In this document: piece after piece, positions 58,833 through 64,000 of the stretch
Layout: each line of letters starts with the position of its first letter
Numbering within the stretch: the first letter of the stretch is position 1
Source: Qipengyuania sp.
Lineage (GTDB): Bacteria > Pseudomonadota > Alphaproteobacteria > Sphingomonadales > Sphingomonadaceae
Direction: 5' to 3'
DNA length: 64,000 nt
Assembly (NCBI RefSeq): GCF_043423005.1
Contig: NZ_JBHWMI010000029.1
Coordinates: forward strand, 196 to 64,195
Made by a program: the position numbers and the translations under genes
Notes under the pieces: model-generated
Told to the model about the DNA's origin: nothing
Database searches by the model: none
The model's input: the letters and a program-made list of their open reading frames with translations, nothing else

Positions 58833-59816
58833 TCACCCGGCGAGCGCGTCCAGCGCCAGCTCGAGCGAGCGGATGCGGGCGGCCGGATCGAAGGTCGGCC
58901 CGGCGAAAACGATCTCGTCCGCGCCGGTCCGCGCGATGAAGCGTTGCACCTCGTCGCGCACGGTCTGCGGCGTGCCGATAGCGCTCGCCTGCCCGATATG
59001 CCGCAGCATCGCCTGTGCCGTAGGCGGCAGGCTCTCGCGATACCCGGCAACCGGCGGCCGCAGGCGTCCGGGCGCGCCGGTGCGCAGGGCGACAAAGGAC
59101 TGCATCTGCGAACTCGCCAGCGTCTGGGCCTCGTCCTCGGTATCGGCGACGAACAGATTCATCGCCGCCATGACCCGGGGCTGTGGGCAGGTGGCCGAAG
59201 GCGTGAAGTTGCGGCGATACAGCGCAATTGCAGTATCGAGGTGATCGGGCGCAAAGTGGCTCGCAAAGGCATAGGGCAGCCCCAGCTGCGCGGCGAGCTG
59301 CGCGCCGAACAGGCTCGAGCCCAGCATCCACATTTCGACTGCGGCGCCGTGCCCCGGAGTTGCCCTTATGCCTACAGCGGGCGTCCCCTCGAGGAGCGCG
59401 CGCAGCTCGACCACGTCCTGCGGGAACATCTCTGCGGCGCGGTGCAGATCCTTGCGCAGCGCGCGCTGCAATTCCGGCCCCGCCCCCGGCGCGCGGCCGA
59501 GCCCGAGATCGACCCGGCCCGGGAACAGCGCGTCGAGCGTGCGGAACTGCTCGGCGATCTGGAACGGGGTGTGGTTGGGCAGCATGATCCCGCCGGAGCC
59601 GATACGGATGGTGCTCGTGGCATTGCCGATATGGGCCAGCACCACCGAGGTCGCCCCGCCGGCGATCCCGTCCATCGCGTGATGTTCCGCCACCCAGAAG
59701 CGCTTGCAGCCGAGCTGTTCGGCCGCGACGGCGAGATCGCGCGCGGCTTCGAAGGCCTGGGACAGCGTCCCTCCTTCGCGCACGGGAACGAGGTCGAGGA
59801 TCGAGAAATCGGTCAT
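58833..59816 (-). CDS. Luciferase-like (LLM) flavin-dependent oxidoreductase
   Basis: WVAEHH, IGSGGIMLPNH, DLGLGRAPG, WMLGSS. Confidence 0.92.
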   Translation of the reverse strand: MTDFSILDLVPVREGGTLSQAFEAARDLAVAAEQLGCKRFWVAEHHAMDGIAGGATSVVLAHIGNATSTIRIGSGGIMLPNHTPFQIAEQFRTLDALFPGRVDLGLGRAPGAGPELQRALRKDLHRAAEMFPQDVVELRALLEGTPAVGIRATPGHGAAVEMWMLGSSLFGAQLAAQLGLPYAFASHFAPDHLDTAIALYRRNFTPSATCPQPRVMAAMNLFVADTEDEAQTLASSQMQSFVALRTGAPGRLRPPVAGYRESLPPTAQAMLRHIGQASAIGTPQTVRDEVQRFIARTGADEIVFAGPTFDPAARIRSLELALDALAG

Positions 59817-60685
59817 CGCCCGGTCTCCGGCTGTTCGGCGGCTGCGGGGGGGCCGCCGCCAAGCTGTTCGAGATATCCTCTGGCGCGCTGCGCCTCGTAG
59901 CTGTCGGGGGCGACCAGAAGGACGGACTCGAAGCTCTTCTTGGCGTCCTCCTCGCGCCCCGAAAGGGCGGCAATGACCCCGGCCTCGAGACCCACCGCCG
60001 GGTTGCGGGGGTCGAGCTCGCCGGCACGCTGAATGCGTTGCTGCGCCTCGGCATAGTGCTGCATCCGGCGCGACAGGGTGGCCGACAGCAGCCAGGCCTC
60101 GCCGTTCGCGGCATCGGCCGTGCGCGCCTCGTCGAGCGCGCTTGCCGCATCGGCATCGCGCCCCAGTGCGACGAGAGCGCGGGACAGGTCGACCCGCAGT
60201 TGGGCGGCAAGCGGTTTATCGCCTGCCGCGCTTGCCATGCCCCCGGCCTGGTCGAGCAGGGGCAGGGCCTCGTCGGGTCGGCCCCGCAGCAGGGCGGTGT
60301 TGCCGGCCATGCCGGACAGGCGGGCTCCGTAGAGGACCCCGTCATCGGGCGCCTCACCGGCGGCGAGTTCGAACACCCGCTGGGCCTCGTCCAGCCGCCC
60401 GAGGCCGATCATTGCGATACCGAGACAATGCGCCGACTGCGCCAGCGCAAGCGGGGTGCCGGACTGTTCGCGCCATTGCTGGGCGCGGTCAAGCGCCGCG
60501 TCGGGATCGCTCTGGGACAGAGCCAGGCAGCGCGCAAGTTCATCCGCCTGATTGTTCTGGCGCACCGTGTCGCGCGGCGGCCGGTTGGCCAGTTCGTCGG
60601 GTATTCCGGGCATGGCGCCGACGGTCGGATCGGGGCCGACCTGGGCGAGCATAAGCACGGCGAGCGGGGCGAGGGCGGACATCAT
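59813..60685 (-). CDS. TPR-repeat exported protein
   Basis: Ala-rich helical repeats (EAWLLSATL...DPRNP); signal-like N-terminus. Confidence 0.75.
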   Translation of the reverse strand: MMSALAPLAVLMLAQVGPDPTVGAMPGIPDELANRPPRDTVRQNNQADELARCLALSQSDPDAALDRAQQWREQSGTPLALAQSAHCLGIAMIGLGRLDEAQRVFELAAGEAPDDGVLYGARLSGMAGNTALLRGRPDEALPLLDQAGGMASAAGDKPLAAQLRVDLSRALVALGRDADAASALDEARTADAANGEAWLLSATLSRRMQHYAEAQQRIQRAGELDPRNPAVGLEAGVIAALSGREEDAKKSFESVLLVAPDSYEAQRARGYLEQLGGGPPAAAEQPETGR

Positions 60686-61437
60686 CGGTCGGTGTCTCCT
60701 TCAATCGCGAAAGCGGCGATCGTGCGCAGCAGCAAGGCAATGTCCTGCGGGCGCGACAGGCGGTGGTCGCCGTCCTTGACCAGCACCACTTGAACCTCGT
60801 CCGAACGCAGCGCATCGGCCAGCCGGAGCGAGATGTCCCACGGCACGTCGGCATCCTGCTGGCCGTGGAGAAGCACCGTGGGCGCATCGATCGGGATCGC
60901 CGCGCCTAGCTGGCGGTGCTCCTGCGCATCGGCAAAGAACCCCGGATGGGTCGGTGTAGGCTTGGGGCCATAGGGATTGTCCTCGAAAACGGTCTGCCCC
61001 TCGGCAAGCATCTGCTTGTCAGCCTCGCTCAACCCCCATTCGGTAAAGTCGGGCGCTGCCGCGATTCCCACCAGACCGGCGACCTGCGACCCCAACCCTC
61101 GCGCCACCAGCAGCATCAGCCATCCGCCCATCGACGATCCGGCCAAGATGACCTCCCGCTCGCCCAATTGCGCGGCGATCACGGACAGCACCTCGTCGCG
61201 CCAGCGGGACAGGGTGCCCTCGGCAAAGGCGCCATCGCTCGTGCCGCAGCCCGAATAGTCGAGCAGCAGGCAGGCCCGCCCGTGAGCCTCGGCCCAGGCG
61301 AAGACGGCCTGCGCCTTGCTACCCGCCATGTCGGACATATAGCCGGGCAGGAACACCAGCGCCGGGCCGGTGCCGGGCACGTGGCGAAAGGCGATGCGGC
61401 GCCCGTCGGGCATGGTGTGAAACTGGGTCTCGCTCAT
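60682..61437 (-). CDS. Alpha/beta hydrolase
   Basis: FLPGYMSDM, GSSMGG nucleophile elbow, HGQQD, GDHRLS. Confidence 0.9.
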   Translation of the reverse strand: MSETQFHTMPDGRRIAFRHVPGTGPALVFLPGYMSDMAGSKAQAVFAWAEAHGRACLLLDYSGCGTSDGAFAEGTLSRWRDEVLSVIAAQLGEREVILAGSSMGGWLMLLVARGLGSQVAGLVGIAAAPDFTEWGLSEADKQMLAEGQTVFEDNPYGPKPTPTHPGFFADAQEHRQLGAAIPIDAPTVLLHGQQDADVPWDISLRLADALRSDEVQVVLVKDGDHRLSRPQDIALLLRTIAAFAIEGDTDR

Positions 61438-61469
61438 CCGCCCAGCATTTGCCGCCCGCAGGCAGCAGG

Positions 61470-61661
61470 TCAATCGCGCAGGAAAATGCCTTCGATCGGC
61501 TGGCCGAAGACATCGGCAATGCGAAAGGCAAGCGGCAGCGAGGGATCGTAGCGGCCGGTCTCGATCGCGTTGACCGACTGGCGGCTGACCTCCAGCCGGT
61601 CGGCAAGGTCCTGCTGGCTCCAGTCGCGCTCGGCCCGCAGGACCTTGAGCCGGTTCCTCAC
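61470..61661 (-). CDS. Cro/CI (XRE) HTH transcriptional regulator
   Basis: RNRLKVLRAERDWSQQDLADRLEVSRQSVNAIETGRYDPSLPLAF. Confidence 0.92.
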   Translation of the reverse strand: MRNRLKVLRAERDWSQQDLADRLEVSRQSVNAIETGRYDPSLPLAFRIADVFGQPIEGIFLRD

Positions 61662-62080
61662 GAACAGCTTCCCGCCGTGCCCATGGTAAGCTTGTTGTAA
61701 AGCGCGCCTACGCCAAGGCCGACGAACCAGAAGAAGGCCGCGCCGAAGCCGCCATTGCCCTGCGGAACCAGTTCGAAGTTCTGCAGGAACTCCCACACGG
61801 TCATGACGGTGAGGCAGAAGCCCGTCGCCACCAGGCACTGGCGCACGATCAGCATGCGGATGAATTCGTCCCGCTCCTCGACGATAAAGCGCATCACTGC
61901 CCAGAACACGCCGATGATCGGCAGCGCCGGCGCGATGGCCAGCGGCCAGGCGAGCGCGCCTTCGATCCGGCCCTGCCGGAACAGCGTGACCGCGGCGAAG
62001 AGGGTGACGAGATAGATGGCCATCAGCACGGCGAGCCGCCAGGTGTAGCGCCGCGCTGCGGGACTGAGAGCGCGCGCCAT
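61658..62080 (-). CDS. Hypothetical membrane protein
   Basis: About four hydrophobic segments, EERDEF motif, coupled to the HTH gene. Confidence 0.72.
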   Translation of the reverse strand: MARALSPAARRYTWRLAVLMAIYLVTLFAAVTLFRQGRIEGALAWPLAIAPALPIIGVFWAVMRFIVEERDEFIRMLIVRQCLVATGFCLTVMTVWEFLQNFELVPQGNGGFGAAFFWFVGLGVGALYNKLTMGTAGSCS

Positions 62081-62082
62081 AC

Positions 62083-62262
62083 TCAGCGCTCCCCCGCCGG
62101 TCGGCACCCGCGCCCACCGCCGAGCCACATGCCCGGGAAAATGGCGAGAAGCGCCAGCGGCGCGAACTGCGCCACCTTTTCGGGAATGATGCCGAAGATC
62201 GCCATCAGCGCAATCGCAATCAGGAGAGCGCCGAGTAGCAGCGGCCGGGGCAAGCTGGGCAT
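62083..62262 (-). CDS. Small membrane protein
   Basis: Two hydrophobic segments; first gene of an apparent 3-gene operon. Confidence 0.5.
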   Translation of the reverse strand: MPSLPRPLLLGALLIAIALMAIFGIIPEKVAQFAPLALLAIFPGMWLGGGRGCRPAGER

Positions 62263-62412
62263 GACAAAGTTCCTTCCCATTGAGTAAAGGAAGCTTGTCA
62301 GGACCCCCTCGCGTTGTCAACCACCCTTTCCAACCTGGCAATTTTTGGCACTGGCCGCTTTAGCCGCTCGCTTCCATGTGTCATGGCGCGCGCGACAATG
62401 GATACGAGTGAC

Positions 62413-64000
62413 ATGACCGAGCTTCTCAAGATCAGCCTGCCCGACGGATCGGTGCGCGAAATGGCCCCGGGATCGACTCCGGCGGACATCGCGGCGGCCA
62501 TCGGGCCGGGGCTGGCCAAGGCCGCGATTGCGGCGCGCGTCGATGGCGAGCTGCGCGATCTCAACCGCCCGCTGGAAGGCGATGCCGCCGTTGCCCTCGT
62601 TACGATGCGCGACGAGGCGGATGCGCTCGAACTGGTGCGGCACGATTACGCTCACGTTCTCGCCGAGGCGGTGCAGAACCTCTATCCCGGCACGCAGATC
62701 ACCTTCGGTCCGGCGACGGACGACGGCTTTTATTACGACTTCGCCCCCGATCCCGCGCGCGGCCCCTTCACCGAGGACGATCTGCCCGCCATCGAGGAAG
62801 AGATGCGCCGCATCATCGCCCGCAACGAGCCGCTGGTGCGCGAGGTGTGGGAGCGCGAGGCGCTGCGCGATCTCTGGCTGACCCAGGGCGAAACCTTCAA
62901 GGCCGAATGGCTGATGGAACTGCCCGCCGATGCCGAGATCACCATCTACCGCTCGGGCCAGTGGATGGACCTGTGCCGCGGGCCGCACCTCGCCTCGACC
63001 GGCAAGCTCGATCCGCAGGCCTTCAAGCTGACCCGCGTGTCAGGCGCGTACTGGCGCGGGGACCAGAACAACGCCATGCTGAGCCGTATCTACGGCACCG
63101 GCTGGCTCAACAAGAAGCAGCTTGCCGAACATCTTACCCGGCTGGAGGAAGCAGCCAAGCGCGATCACCGCAAGCTCGGGCGCGACATGGACCTGTTCCA
63201 CCTGCAGGAAGAGGCGCATGGCAGCGTCTTCTGGCACCCCAAGGGCTATCGCATCTGGCGCGAGCTCGAAGCCTATATGCGCCGCCGGATGGACGCCGCC
63301 GGCTACCGCGAGATCAAGACGCCGCAGCTGATGGACGTGCGCCAGTGGGAGCAGTCCGGCCACTGGGGCAAATATGCCGAGAACATGTTTGCCGTCCCCG
63401 ACATCACGCCCGATGTTGCAGAGGACAGCGGAGCAGCCGCCCCCAAGGTCGCCCCGGATGCCGAATGGATGGCGATCAAGCCAATGAACTGTCCGGCCCA
63501 CGTGCTGGTCTTCAAACAGGGCATCACCAGCTATCGCGATCTGCCGATCCGGCTGGGCGAGATGGGCTGCTGCCATCGCAACGAACCGCATGGCGCGCTC
63601 CACGGGCTGATGCGGGTGCGCCAGTTCACGCAGGACGACGCGCATATCTTCTGCACCGAGGCGCAGGTAGTCGAAGAGGTGCGGGCGTTCTGCGCGCTGG
63701 CCGATGCGGTCTATCGCGATTTCGGCTTCAGCTATCACGTCAAGCTCGCGCTGCGGCCCGAAAAACGCTTCGGCAGCGAAGCGGACTGGGACAAGGCCGA
63801 GCAGGAACTGCGCGATGCGGTGGCCGAAGCCGGCATGGCCAATGCCGATTTCGGCTGGGAAGAACTGCCCGGAGAAGGTGCCTTCTACGCACCCAAGCTC
63901 GAATGGCACCTCACCGATGCGATCGGGCGGACCTGGCAGGTCGGCACGATCCAGGGAGACCGCGTGCTGCCCGAACGGCTCGATGCAAGCTATGTCGGCG
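62413..64000 (+). CDS. thrS: Threonine-tRNA ligase (partial, runs off right edge)
   Basis: Manual translation: MTELLKISLPDGS...RHDYAHVLA...DLCRGPH...RDHRKLG...KPMNCP...LMRVRQFTQDDAH. Confidence 0.96.
   Translation, partial: MTELLKISLPDGSVREMAPGSTPADIAAAIGPGLAKAAIAARVDGELRDLNRPLEGDAAVALVTMRDEADALELVRHDYAHVLAEAVQNLYPGTQITFGPATDDGFYYDFAPDPARGPFTEDDLPAIEEEMRRIIARNEPLVREVWEREALRDLWLTQGETFKAEWLMELPADAEITIYRSGQWMDLCRGPHLASTGKLDPQAFKLTRVSGAYWRGDQNNAMLSRIYGTGWLNKKQLAEHLTRLEEAAKRDHRKLGRDMDLFHLQEEAHGSVFWHPKGYRIWRELEAYMRRRMDAAGYREIKTPQLMDVRQWEQSGHWGKYAENMFAVPDITPDVAEDSGAAAPKVAPDAEWMAIKPMNCPAHVLVFKQGITSYRDLPIRLGEMGCCHRNEPHGALHGLMRVRQFTQDDAHIFCTEAQVVEEVRAFCALADAVYRDFGFSYHVKLALRPEKRFGSEADWDKAEQELRDAVAEAGMANADFGWEELPGEGAFYAPKLEWHLTDAIGRTWQVGTIQGDRVLPERLDASYVG

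Noticed and set aside
1..64000. CRISPR array or long tandem DNA repeat
   Set aside because: No regularly spaced direct repeats and no cas-like ORFs seen by eye

Overview
High-GC alphaproteobacterial chromosome segment; gene content and order suggest Sphingomonadales/Erythrobacteraceae (inference). Core genes flank an island. On the left are xseA, purD, nnrU-like, FKBP, two amidohydrolases, a POT transporter, gntR, ihfB and tRNA-Leu(TAA). On the right are PilZ, msrB, a P450, an ABC pair, queG, ferredoxin reductase, NAD-GDH, LLM, TPR, a hydrolase, an HTH regulator and thrS. The ~37 kb integrative mobilizable element (about 9571-46691) is inserted at the 3' end of tRNA-Leu. Both ends can be read from the sequence: a GCACCA direct repeat plus 12-bp inverted arms. 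The att site lies inside the large serine integrase gene, so integration swaps the integrase C-terminus. Cargo, left to right: a truncated second copy of the integrase catalytic domain, an orphan 579-aa ORF, a cobamide uptake/salvage cluster with an internal B12 riboswitch, an ABC1/UbiB kinase, a MobA/MobL-type relaxase with about 18 Pro-rich repeats, and three tandem PolB-type 3'-5' exonuclease-like genes. These are followed by a frameshifted KfrA-like gene, a sigma-like gene and a defence block. The block is a Type I R-M operon extended by Nmad3 (in-frame amber) and Nmad2 genes, plus a DUF3800-like gene and a HEPN/Toprim-N + TOPRIM gene. Best candidates for an undescribed system are the hsdRMS-nmad3-nmad2 operon, the relaxase-linked exonuclease trio, and the integrase tail-switch/mini-integrase module. 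All family assignments come from motif recognition by eye, not database searches.
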